Position numbers and translations under genes: made by a program. Positions 14,001-27,900 of a stretch of DNA of 64,000 nt are shown piece by piece. The first letter of the stretch is position 1. Each line of letters opens with the position of its first letter. Source of the DNA: the human T2T-CHM13v2.0 reference genome, Homo sapiens. The notes beneath the pieces were generated by a model, which saw nothing but the letters and a program-made list of their open reading frames with translations, ran no database searches and had not been told where the DNA came from. The stretch lies in assembly GCF_009914755.1 (NCBI RefSeq), contig NC_060933.1. The stretch is one strand, 5' to 3'.

Positions 14001-16799
14001 TGAAATGCAATGGATTCAACTCGATTGCAATGGAATGGAATAGAATGGAATGGAATGGAATGGAATGGAATTAATCCGAATAGAATGGAATGGAATGGAA
14101 AGGAACAGAACGGAACGGAATGGAATGGTATGTAATGGAATGGAATGGTACGGAATAGAATGGAATGGAACGAATTGCAATGGAATGGAATTGAATGGAA
14201 TGGAATGGAATGGAATGGAATGGAATCAACGCGAGTGCAGGGGAATGTAATGGAACGGAATGCAATGGAATGGAATCACCCGGAATGGAATGGAATGGAA
14301 TGGAATCAACCCGAGTTCAATGGAATGGAGTGGAATGGAATGGAATGGAATGGAACAACCCGAATGGAATGGAATGTAATGGAGAGTAAGGGAGTTGAAT
14401 AGAATCAATCCGAATGTAATGGAATGGAATGCAACGGAATGGAATGGAATGGAATGGAATGGAATGCAATGGAATGGAATCAACTCGAGTACAATGGAAT
14501 GGAATGGAATGGAATTGAATGCAATGGAATGGAATCAACTCGAGTACAATGCAATGGAATGGAATGGAATGGAATGGAATGGAATGGAATGGAATGGAAT
14601 TGAATGGAATGGAATGCCTTCAAACCGAATGGAATGGAAAGGAATGGAATCACCACGAGTGGAATGGAATGGAATGGAAAGGAATGGAATGGAATAGAAT
14701 GGTACGGAATACAATGGAATGGAACGAACTGGAATGGAATGGAATGGAATGGAATGGAATGGAATGGAATGGAATGGAATCGTTCTGAGTGGAATAGGAG
14801 GGAATGTATTCGAGTGGAATGGAAAGGAATGGAATCAACCAGATTGGAATGGAAGGGAATGGAATGGAATGGAAACTAATAGAATGGAATCAACCCGAGT
14901 GGAATGGAATGGAAAGGACTGGAATGGAATTGAATGGAATGGAATTGAATGGAATCAACTACATTGTAATGGAATGGAATGGAATGGAATGGAATGGAAT
15001 GGAATTAACCCGAATACAATGGAATGGACTAGAATGGAACGGAATGGAGTGGAATGGAATGGAATCAACCCGAGTGCAGGGGAATGGAATGGAATGGAAT
15101 GCAATGGAATGGAATCATCCGGAATGGAATGGAATGGAATGGAATGCAAAGCAATGGAATCAACTCGATTGCAATGGAATGGAATGGAATGGAAAGGAAT
15201 AGAACGGAATCAACCCGAGTGTAATGGAATGGAAAGGACTGGAATGGAGTGGAATGGAATGGAATGGAATGGAATGGAATCAACTCGATTGGAATGGAAT
15301 GGAATGGAATGGAAAGGAATGGAATGGAATTAACCCGAATAGAATGGAATGGAATGGAATGGAACGGAATGGAATGGAATGGAATGGAATGGAATCAACC
15401 CGACTGCAGGGGAATGGAATGGAATGGAATGCAATAGAATGGAATCATCCGGAACGGAATGGAATGGAATGGAATGGAATCAACTCGATTGCAATCGAAT
15501 GGAATGGAATGGAATTAACCCGAATAGAATGGAATGGAATGGAATGGAACGGAACGGAATGGAATGGAATGGAATGGAATGAAATGGAACGGAACGGAAC
15601 GGAATGGAATGGAATGGAATGGAATGGAATGGAATGGAATGGAATGGAGTGGAATGGAATGGAATCGTTCCGAGTGGAATAGGAGGGAATGTATTCGAGT
15701 GGAATGGAAAGGAATGGAATCAACCAGAGTGGAATGGAAGGGAATGGAATGGAATGGAAACTAATAGAATGGAATCAACCCGAGAGGAATGGAATGGAAA
15801 GGACTGGAATGGAATGGAAGGGAATGGAATTAACTCGATTGTAATGGAATGGAATGGAATGGAATGGAATTAACGCGAATAAAATGCAATGGAATGGAAT
15901 GGAACGGAATGGAGTGGAATGGAATGGAATCAACCCGAGTGCAGGGGAATGGAATGGAATGGAATGCAATGGAATGGAATCATCCGGAATGGAATGGAAT
16001 AGAACGGAATGCAAAGCAATGGATTCAACTCGATTGCAATGGAATGGAATGGAATGGGAAGGAATACATTGGAATCAACCCGAGTGGAATGCAATGGAAA
16101 GGACTGGAATGGAGTGGAATGGAATGGAATGGAATGGAATGGAATCAACTCGATTGGAATGGAATGGAATGGAAAGGAATGGAATGGAATGGAATTAACC
16201 CGAATAGAATGGAATGGAATGGAATGGAACGGAACGGAATGGAATGGAATGGAATGGAAACAACCAGACTGCAGGGGAATGGAATGGAATGGAATGCAAT
16301 GGAATGGATTCAACTTGAATGGAATGGAAAGAATGGAATCAACACGAGTGGAATGGCATGGATAGGAATGGAATGGAAAGGAATCAACCCGAGTACAGGG
16401 GAATGGAATGGAATGGAATGCAATGGAATGGAATCATCCGTAATGGAATGGAAAGGAATGGAATGGAATGGAATGGAATGGAATGGAATGGAATCAACTC
16501 GATTGCAATCGAATGGAATGGAATGGAATTAAACCGAATAGAATGGAATGGAATGGAATGGAACGGAACGGAACGGAATGGAATGGATTTGAATGGAATG
16601 GAATGGAATGTAATGGAACGGAAAGGAATGGAATGGAATGGAATGGAATGGAATGGAATGGAATGGAATAGAATGGAATGGAATGGAATGGAATCAACGC
16701 GAGTGCAGGGGAATGGAATGGAATGGAATGCAATGGAATGGAATGCAATGGAATGGAATGGAATGGAATGGAATGGAATGGAATGGAATGGAATGGAAT
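11001..16799 (+). repeat. Mosaic of rearranged copies of the ~3 kb unit (internal offsets ~1.33 kb and ~3.03 kb)
   Basis: CGTTC(C/T)GAG block at 11750, 13382, 14781 and 15666. GCCTTCAAA at 11585, 13222 and 14616 (also 2908). ORFs 12866..13060 and 14195..14389 match at offset 1329. Confidence 0.75.
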
Positions 16800-19700
16800 C
16801 AACCCGAGTGCAATGGAATGGAGTGGAATGTAATGGAATGGAATGGAACAACCCGAATGGAATGGAATGTAATGGAGAGTAAGGGAGTTGAATAGAATGA
16901 ATCCGAATGTAATGGAATGGAATGGAACGGAATGGAATTGAATGGAATGGAATGGAATGCAATGGAATGGAATCAACCCGAGTGCAATGGAATGGAGAGG
17001 AATGGAATGGAATGGAATGGAAACTACCCGAATGGAATGGAATGTAATGGAGTGTAAGGGAATTGAATACAATCAATCCGAAAGTAATGGAATGGAACGG
17101 AATGGAATGGAATGGAATGGAATGGAATGGAATGGAATGGAATGCAATGGAATGGAATCAACCCGAGTGCAATCGAATGGAATCGAATGGAATGGAATGC
17201 AATGGAATGGATTCAACTTGAATGGAATGGAAAGAATGGAATCAACACGAGTGGAATGGCATGGATTGGAATGGAATGGAATGGAATCAACCCGAGTACA
17301 GGGGAATGGAATGGAATGGAATGCAATGGAATGGAATCATCCGTAATGGAATGGAAAGGAATGGAATGGAATGGAATGGAATGGAATGGAATGGAATGGA
17401 ATCAACTCGATTGCAATCGAATGGAATGGAATGGAATTAACCCGAATAGAATGGAATGGAATGGAATGGAACGGAACGGAATGGAATGGAATGGAATGGA
17501 ATGGAATGGAACGGAACGGAATGGAATGGAATGGAATGGAATGGAATGGAATCAACGCGAGTGCAGGGGAATGGAATGGAATGGAATGCAATGGAATGGA
17601 ATCTTCCGGAATGGAATGGAATGGAATGGAATGGAATGAAATGCAATGGATTCAACTCGATTGCAATGGAATGGAATAGAATGGAATGGAATGGAATGGA
17701 ATGGAATTAATCCGAATAGAATGGAATGGAATGGAATGGAACGGAATGGAACGGAATGGACTGGAATGGAATGGAATGGAATGGTATGGAATGGAATGGA
17801 ATGGTACGGAATAGAATGGAATGGAACGAATTGTAATGGAATGGAATTGAATGGAATGGAATGGAATGGAATGGAATCAACGCGAGTGCAGGGGAATGTA
17901 ATGGAACGGAATGCAATGGAATGGAATCATCCGGAATGGAATGGAATGGAATGGAATGGAATGGAATCAACCCGAGTGCAATGGAATGGAGTGGAATGGA
18001 ATGGAATGGAACAACCCGAATGGAATGGAATGAAATGGAGAGTAAGGGAGTTGAATAGAATCAATCCGAATGTAATGGAATGGAATGCAACGGAATGGAA
18101 TGGAATGGAATGGAATGGAATGCAATGGAATTGAATCAACCCGAGTACAATGGAATGGAATGGAATGGAATGGAATGGAATGGAATGGAATGGAATGGAA
18201 TGGAATCGTTCCGAGTGGAATAGGAGGGAATGTATTCGAGTGGAATGGAAAGGAAAGGTATCAACCAGAGTGGAATGGAAGGGAATGGAATGGAATGGAA
18301 ACTAATAGAATGGAATCAACCCAAGTGGAATGGAATGGAAAGGACTGGAATGGAATGGAATGGAATGGAATCAACTCGATTGTAATGGAATGGAATGGAA
18401 TGGAATGCAATGGAATGGAATTAACCCGAATACAATGGAATGGAATGGAATGGAACGGAATGGAGTGGAATGGAATGGAATCAACCCGAGTGCAGGAGAA
18501 TGGAATGGAATGGAATGCAATGGAATGGAATCATCCGGAATGGAATGGAAAGGAATGGAATGCAAAGCAATGGAATCAACTCGATTGCAATGGAATTAAA
18601 TGGAATGGAAAGGAATACATTGGAATCAACCCGAGTGGAATGCAATGGAAAGGACTGGAATGGAGTGGAATGGAATGGAATGGAATGGAATGGAATCAAC
18701 TCGATTGGAATGGAATGGAATGGAATGGAATGGAATTAACCCGAATAGAATGGAATGGAATGGAATGGAACGGAACGGAATGGAATGGAATGGAATGGAA
18801 TGGAATGGATTAAACCCGAGTGCAATGGAATGGAGTGGAATGGAATGGAATGGAATGGAACAACCCGAATGGAATGGAATGTAATGGAGAGTAAGGGAGT
18901 TGAATAGAATCAATCCGAATGTAATGGAATGGAATGGAACGGAATGGAATTGAATGGAATGGAATGGAATGGAATCAACCCGAGTGCAATGGAATGGAGA
19001 GGAATGGAATGGAATGGAATGGAAACTACCCGAATGGAATGGAATGTAATGGAGTGTAACGGAATTGAATAGAATCAATCCGAATGTAATGGAATGGAAT
19101 GGAACGGAATGGAATGGAATGGAATGGAATGGAATGGAATCGAATGGAATGGAATGCAATGGAATGGAATCAACCCGAGTGCAATCGAATGGAATCGAAT
19201 GGAATGGAATGCAATGGAATGGATTCAACTTGAATTTAATGGAAAGAATGGAATCAACACGAGTGGAATGCCATGGATTGGAATGGAATGGAATGGAATC
19301 AACCCGAGTACAGGGGAATGGAATGGAATGGAATGCAATGGAATGGAATCATCCGTAATGGAATGGAAAGGAATGGAATGGAATGGAATGGAATGGAATG
19401 GAATGGAATGGAATGGAATCAACTCGATTGCAATCGAATGGAATGGAATGGAATTAACCCGAATAGAATGAAATGGAATGGAATGGAACGGAACGGAATG
19501 GAATGGAATGGAATGGAACGGTACGGAATGGAATGAGATGGAATGGAATGGAATGGAATCAACGTGAGTGCAGGGGAATGGAATGGAATTAAATGCAATG
19601 GAATGGATTCAACTTGAATGGAATGGAAAGAATGGAATCAACACGAGTGGAATGGCATGGATTGGAATGGAATGGAATGGAATCAACCCGAGTACATGGG

Positions 19701-22700
19701 AATGGAATGGAATGGAATGCAATGGAATGGAATCATCCGTAATGGAATGGAAAGGAATGGAATGGAATGGAATGGAATGGAATAGAATGGAATGGAATCA
19801 ACTCGATTGCAATCGAATGGAATGGAATGGAATTAACCCGAATAGAATGGAATGGAATGGAATGGAACGGAACGGAACGGAATGGAATGGATTGGAATGG
19901 AATGGAATGGAATGGAATGGAATGGAACGGAAAGGAATGGAATGGAATGGAATGGAATGGAATGGAATCAACGCGAGTTCAGGGGAATGGAATGGAATGG
20001 AATGCAATGGAATGGAATCTTCCGGAATGGAATGGAATGGAATGGAATGGAATGGAATGGAATGGAATAAACCCGAGTGCAATGGAATGGAGTGGAATGG
20101 AATGGAATGGAATGGAACAACCCGAATGGAATGGAATGTAATGGAGAGTAAGGGAGTTGAATAGAATCAATCCGAATGTAATGGAAAGGAATGGAACGGA
20201 ATGGAATTGAATGGAATGGAATGGAATGGAATCAACCCGAGTGCAATGGAATGGAGAGGAATGGAATGGAATGGAATGGAAACTACCCGAATGGAATGGA
20301 ATGTAATGGAGTGTAAGGGAATTGAATAGAATCAATCCGAATGTAATGGAATGGAATGGAACGGAATGGAATGGGATGGAATGGAATGGAATGGAATGGA
20401 ATGCAACGGAATGGAATCAACCCGAGTGCAATCGAATGGAATCCAATGGAATGGAATGCAATGGAATGGATTCAACTTGAATGGAATGGAAAGAATGGAA
20501 TCAACACGAGTGGAAGGACAAGAATTGGAATGGAATGGAATGGAATCAACCCGAGTACAGGGGAATGGAATGGAATGGAATGCAATGGAATGGAATCATC
20601 CGAAATGGAATGGAAAGGAATGGAATGGAATGGAATGGAATGGAATCAACTCGATTGCAATCGAATGGAATGGAATGGAATTAACCCGAATAGAATGGAA
20701 TGGAATGGAATGGAACGGAACGGAATGGAATGGAATGGAATAGAATGGAATGGAACGGAACGGAACGGAATGGATGGAATGGAATGGAATGGAATGGAAT
20801 GGAATCAACGCGAGTGCAGGGGAATGGAATGGAATGGAATGCAATGGAATGGAATCTTCCGGAATGGAATGGAATGGAATGGAATGAAATGCAATGGATT
20901 CAACTCGATTGCAATGCAATGGAATAGAATGGAATGGAATGGAATGGAATGGAATGGAATTAACCCGAATAGAATGGAATGGAATGGAATGGAACGGAAT
21001 GGAACGGAATGGAATGGAATGGAATGGAATGGTATGGTATGGAATGGAATGGAATGGTACGGAATAGAATGGAATGGAACGAATTGTAATGGAATGGAAT
21101 TGAATGGAATGGAATGGAATGGAATGGAATCAACGCGAGTGCAGGGGAATGTAATGGAACGGAATGCAATCGAATGGAATCATCCGGAATGGAATGGAAT
21201 GGAATGGAATGGAATGGAATTAATCTGAATAGAATGGAATGGAATGGAATGGAACAGAATGGAACGGAATGGAATGGAATGGAATGGAATGGAATGGTAT
21301 GGAATGGAACGGAATGCTACGGAATAGAATGTTATGGAACGAATTGTAATGGAATGGAATTGAATGGAATGGAATGGAATGGAATGGAATGGAATCAACC
21401 CGACTGCAGGGGAATGGAATGGAATGGAATGCAATGGAATGGATTCAACTTGAATGGAATGGAAAGAATGGAATCAACACGAGTGGAATGGCATGGATTG
21501 GAATGGAATGGAATGGAATCAACCTGAGTACAGGGGAATGGAATGGAATGGAATGCAATGGAATGGAATCATCCGTAATGAAATGGAAAGGAATGGAATG
21601 GAATGGAATGGAATGGAATGGAATGGAATGGAATCAACTCGATTGCAATCGAATGGAATGGAATGGAATTAACCCGAATAGAATGGAATGGAATGGAATG
21701 GAACGGAACGGAACGGAATGGAATGGAATGGAATGGAATGGAACGGAAAGGAATGGAATGAAATGGAATGGAATGGAATGGAATGGAATCAAAGCGAGTG
21801 CAGGGGAATGGAATGGAATGGAATGCAATGGAATGGAATCTTCCGGAATGGAACGGAATGGAATGGAATGGAATGGAATGGAATGGAATGGAATAAACCC
21901 GAGTGCAATGGAATGGAGTGGAATGGAATGGAATGGAATGGAACAACCCGAATGGAATGGAATGTAATGGAGAGTAAGGGAGTTGAATAGAATCAATCCG
22001 AATGTAATGGAATGGAATGGAACGGAATGGAATTGAATGGAATGGAATGGAATGCAATGGAATGGAATCAACCCGAGTTCAATGGAATGGAGAGGAATGG
22101 AATGGAATTTAATGGAAACTACCCGAATGGAATGGAATGTAATGGAGTGTAAGGGAATTGAATAGAATCAATCCGAATGTAATGGAATGGAATGAAACGG
22201 AATGGAATGGAATGGAATGGAATGGATTGGAATGGAATTGAACGGAATGGAATGGAATGGAATGGAATGGATTGGAATGGAATGGAATGCAATGGAATGG
22301 AATCAACCCGAGTGCAATCGAATGGAATCGAATGGAAAAGAATGCAATGGAATGGATTCAACTTGAATGGAATGGAAAGAATGGAATCAACACGAGTGGA
22401 ATGGCATGGATTGGAATGGAATGGAATGGAATCAACCCGAGTACAGGGGAATGGAATGGAATGGAATGCAATGGAATGGAATCATCCGTAATGGAATGGA
22501 AAGGAATGGAATTGAATGGAATGGAATGGAATGGAATGGAATGGAATCAACTCGATTGCAATCGAATGGAATGGAATGGAATTAACCCGAATAGAATGGA
22601 ATGGAATGGAATGGAATGGAACGGAACGGAATGGAATGGAATGGAATGGAATGCAATGGAATGGAACGGAAAGGAAGGGAATGGAATGGAATAGAATGGA

Positions 22701-24924
22701 ATGGAATGGAATCAACGCGAGTGCAGGGGAATGGAATGGAATGGAATGCAATGGAATGGAATCTTCCGGAATGGAATGGAATGGAATGGAATGGAATCAA
22801 CCCGAGTGCAATGGAATGGAGTGGAATGGAATGGAATGGAATGGAACAACCCGAATGGAATGGAATGTAATGGAGAGTAAGGGAGTTGAATAGAATCAAT
22901 CCGAATGTAATGGAATGGAATGGAACGGAATGGAATTGAATGGAATGGAATGGAATGCAATGGAATGGAATCAACCCGAGTGCAATGGAATGGAGAGGAA
23001 TGGAATGGAATTGAATGGAAACTACCCGAATGGAATGGAATGTAATGGAGTGTAAGGGAATTGAATAGAATCAATTCGAATGTAATGGAATGGAATGGAA
23101 TGGAATGGAATGGAATGGAATGGAATAGAATGGAATGGAATGCAATGGAATGGAATCAACCCGAGTGCAATCGAATGGAATCGAATGGAATGGAATGCAA
23201 TGGAATGGATTCAACTTGAATGGAATGGAAAGAATGGAATCAACACGAGTGGAATGGCATGGATTGGAATGGAATGGAATGGAATCAACCCGAGTACAGG
23301 GGAATGGAATGGAATGGAATGCAATGGAATGGAATCATCCGTAATGGAATGGAAAGGAATGGAATGGAATGGAATGGAATGGAATGGAATCAACTCGATT
23401 GCAATCGAATGGAATGGAATGGAATTAACCCGAATAGAATGGAATGGAATGGAATGGAACGGAACGGAATGGAATGGAATGGAATAGAATGGAATGGAAC
23501 GGAACGGAACGGAATGGAATGGAATGGAATGGAATGGAATCAACGCGAGTGCAGGGGAATGGAATGGAATGGAATGCAATGGAATGGAATCTTCCGGAAC
23601 GGAATGGAATGGAATGGAATGGAATGGAATCAACTCGATTGCAATCGAATGGAATGGAATGGAATTAACCCGAATAGAATGGAATGGAATGGAATGGAAC
23701 GGAACGTAACGGAATGGAATGGAATGGAATGGAATGGAATGGAATGGAATGGAACGGAACGGAATGGAATGGAATGGAATGGAATGGAATGGAATCAACT
23801 CGAGTGCAGGGGAATGGATTGGAATGGAATGCAATGGAATGGAATCTTCCGGAATGGAATGGAATGGAATGGAATGGAATGAAATGCAATGGGTTCAACT
23901 CGATTGCAATGGAATGGAATAGAATGGAGTGGAATGGAATGGAATGGAATTAATTCGAATAGAATGGAATGGAATGTAATGGAACGGAATATAACGGAAT
24001 GGAATGGAATGGAATGGAATGGTATGGAATGGAATGGAATGGTACGGAATAGAATGGAATGGAACGAATTGTAATGGAATGGAATTGAATGGAATGGAAT
24101 GGAATGGAATGGAATCAACGCGAGTGCAGGGGAATGTAATGGAACGGAATGCAATGGAATGGAATCATCCGCAATGGAATGGAATGGAATGGAATGGAAT
24201 GGAATCAACCCGAGTGCAATGGAATGGAGTGGAATGGACTGGAATGGAATGGAACAACCCGAATGGAATGGAATGTAATGGAGAGTAAGGGAGTTGAATA
24301 GAATCAATCCGAATGTAACGGAATGGAATGCAACGGAATGGAATGGAATGGAATGGAATGGAATGCAATGGAATTGAATCAACCCGAGTACAATGGAATG
24401 GAATGGAATGGAATGGAATGGAAGGGAATGGAATGGAATGGAATGATACGGAATAGAATGGAATGGAACGAAATGGAATGGAATGGAATGGAATGGAATG
24501 GAATGGAATGGAATGGAATGGAATCGTTCCGAGTGGAATAGGAGGGAATGTATTCGAGTGGAATGGAAAGGAATGGAATCAACCAGAGTGGAATGGAAGG
24601 GAATGGAATGGAATGGAAACTAATAGAATGGAATCAACCCGAGAGGAATGGAATGGAAAAGACTGGAATGGAATGGAATGGAAAGGAATCAACTCGATTG
24701 TAATGGAATGGAATGGAATGGAATGGAATTAACCCGAATAGAATGGAATGGAATGGAATGGAATGGAATGGAATGGAACGAAAAGGAAGGGAATGGAATG
24801 GAATAGAATGGAATGGAATGGAATCAACGCGAGTGCAAGGGAATGGAATGGAATGGAATGCAATGGAATGGAATCTTCCGGAATGGAATGGAATGCAATG
24901 GAATGGAATGGAATGGAATGGAAT
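16800..24924 (+). repeat. ~8.1 kb higher-order unit A, copy 1 (8125 bp)
   Basis: Unit-specific markers GGAAGGACAAGAATTGG (20512), CAACGTGAGT (19560), GGAAAGGTATCAACC and GCTACGGAATAGAATGTTATGG each recur once per copy. Confidence 0.88.
17156..17304 (+). repeat. pHuR98-like (chromosome 9 SatIII-type) module; representative copy
   Basis: AATCAACCCGAGTGCAATCGAATGGAATCGAAT...GGATTCAACTTGAATGGAATGGAAAGAATGGAATCAACACGAGTGGAATGGCATGGATTGG...CAACCCGAGTACAGG. It recurs throughout the window except in 3.9-11 kb. The resemblance to pHuR98 is from memory and needs a BLAST check. Confidence 0.55.
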
Positions 24925-27900
24925 CAACCCGAGTGCAATGGAATGGAGTGGAATGTAATGGAACGGAATGGAACAACCCGAATGGAATGGAATGTAATGG
25001 AGAGTAAGGGAGTTGAATAGAATGAATCCGAATGTAATGGAATGGAATGGAACGGAATGGAATTGAATGGAATGGAATGGAATGCAATGGAATGGAATCA
25101 ACCCGAGTGCAATGGAATGGAGAGGAATGGAATGGAATGGAATGGAAACTACCCGAATGGAATGGAATGTAATGGAGTGTAAGGGAATTGAATACAATCA
25201 ATCCGAAAGTAATGGAATGGAACGGAATGGAATGGAATGGAATGGAATGGAATGGAATGGAATGCAATGGAATGGAATCAACCCGAGTGCAATCGAATGG
25301 AATCGAATGGAATGGAATGCAATGGAAAGGATTCAACTTGAATGGAATGGAAAGAATGGAATCAACACGAGTGGAATGGCATGGATTGGAATGGAATGGA
25401 ATGGAATCAACCCGAGTACAGGGGAATGGAATGGAATGGAATGCAATGGAATGGAATCATCCGTAATGGAATGGAAAGGAATGGAATGGAATGGAATGGA
25501 ATGGAATGGAATGGAATGGAATCAACTCGATTGCAATCGAATGGAATGGAATGGAATTAACCCGAATAGAATGGAATGGAATGGAATGGAACGGAACGGA
25601 ATGGAATGGAATGGAATGGAATGGAATGGAACGGAACGGAATGGAATGGAATGGAATGGAATGGAATGGAATCAACGCGAGTGCAGGGGAATGGAATGGA
25701 ATGGAATGCAATGGAATGGAATCTTCCGGAATGGAATGGAATGGAATGGAATGAAATGCAATGGATTCAACTCGATTGCAATGGAATGGAATAGAATGGA
25801 ATGGAATGGAATGGAATGGAATTAATCCGAATAGAATGGAATGGAATGGAATGGAACGGAATGGAACGGAATGGACTGGAATGGAATGGAATGGAATGGT
25901 ATGGAATGGAATGGAATGGTACGGAATAGAATGGAATGGAACGAATTGTAATGGAATGGAATTGAATGGAATGGAATGGAATGGAATGGAATCAACGCGA
26001 GTGCAGGGGAATGTAATGGAACGGAATGCAATGGAATGGAATCATCCGGAATGGAATGGAATGGAATGGAATGGAATGGAATCAACCCGAGTGCAATGGA
26101 ATGGAGTGGAATGGAATGGAATGGAACAACCCGAATGGAATGGAATGAAATGGAGAGTAAGGGAGTTGAATAGAATCAATCCGAATGTAATGGAATGGAA
26201 TGCAACGGAATGGAATGGAATGGAATGGAATGGAATGCAATGGAATTGAATCAACCCGAGTACAATGGAATGGAATGGAATGGAATGGAATGGAATGGAA
26301 TCGTTCCGAGTGGAATAGGAGGGAATGTATTCGAGTGGAATGGAAAGGAAAGGTATCAACCAGAGTGGAATGGAAGGGAATGGAATGGAATGGAAACTAA
26401 TAGAATGGAATCAACCCAAGTGGAATGGAATGGAAAGGACTGGAATGGAATGGAATGGAATGGAATCAACTCGATTGTAATGGAATGGAATGGAATGGAA
26501 TGCAATGGAATGGAATTAACCCGAATACAATGGAATGGAATGGAATGGAACGGAATGGAGTGGAATGGAATGGAATCAACCCGAGTGCAGGAGAATGGAA
26601 TGGAATGGAATGCATTGGAATGGAATCATCCGGAATGGAATGGAAAGGAATGGAATGCAAAGCAATGGAATCAACTCGATTGCAATGGAATTAAATGGAA
26701 TGGAAAGGAATACATTGGAATCAACCCGAGTGGAATGGAATGGAAAGGACTGGAATGGAGTGGAATGGAATGGAATGGAATGGAATGGAATCAACTCGAT
26801 TGGAATGGAATGGAATGGAATGGAATGGAATTAACCCGAATAGAATGGAATGGAATGGAATGGAACGGAACGGAATGGAATGGAATGGAATGGAATGGAA
26901 TGGATTAAACCCGAGTGCAATGGAATGGAGTGGAATGGAATGGAATGGAATGGAACAACCCGAATGGAATGGAATGTAATGGAGAGTAAGGGAGTTGAAT
27001 AGAATCAATCCGAATGTAATGGAATGGAATGGAACGGAATGGAATTGAATGGAATGGAATGGAATGGAATCAACCCGAGTGCAATGGAATGGAGAGGAAT
27101 GGAATGGAATGGAATGGAAACTACCCGAATGGAATGGAATGTAATGGAGTGTAACGGAATTGAATAGAATCAATCCGAATGTAATGGAATGGAATGGAAC
27201 GGAATGGAATGGAATGGAATGGAATGGAATGGAATCGAATGGAATGGAATGCAATGGAATGGAATCAACCCGAGTGCAATCGAATGGAATCGAATGGAAT
27301 GGAATGCAATGGAATGGATTCAACTTGAATTTAATGGAAAGAATGGAATCAACACGAGTGGAATGCCATGGATTGGAATGGAATGGAATGGAATCAACCC
27401 GAGTACAGGGGAATGGAATGGAATGGAATGCAATGGAATGGAATCATCCGTAATGGAATGGAAAGGAATGGAATGGAATGGAATGGAATGGAATGGAATG
27501 GAATGGAATGGAATCAACTCGATTGCAATCGAATGGAATGGAATGGAATTAACCCGAATAGAATGGAATGGAATGGAATGGAACGGAACGGAATGGAATG
27601 GAATGGAATGGAACGGTACGGAATGGAATGAGATGGAATGGAATGGAATGGAATCAACGTGAGTGCAGGGGAATGGAATGGAATTAAATGCAATGGAATG
27701 GATTCAACTTGAATGGAATGGAAAGAATGGAATCAACACGAGTGGAATGGCATGGATTGGAAAGGAATGGAATGGAATCAACCCGAGTACATGGGAATGG
27801 AATGGAATGGAATGCAATGGAATGGAATTATCCGTAATGGAATGGAAAGGAATGGAATGGAATGGAATGGAATGGAATAGAATGGAATGGAATCAACTCG

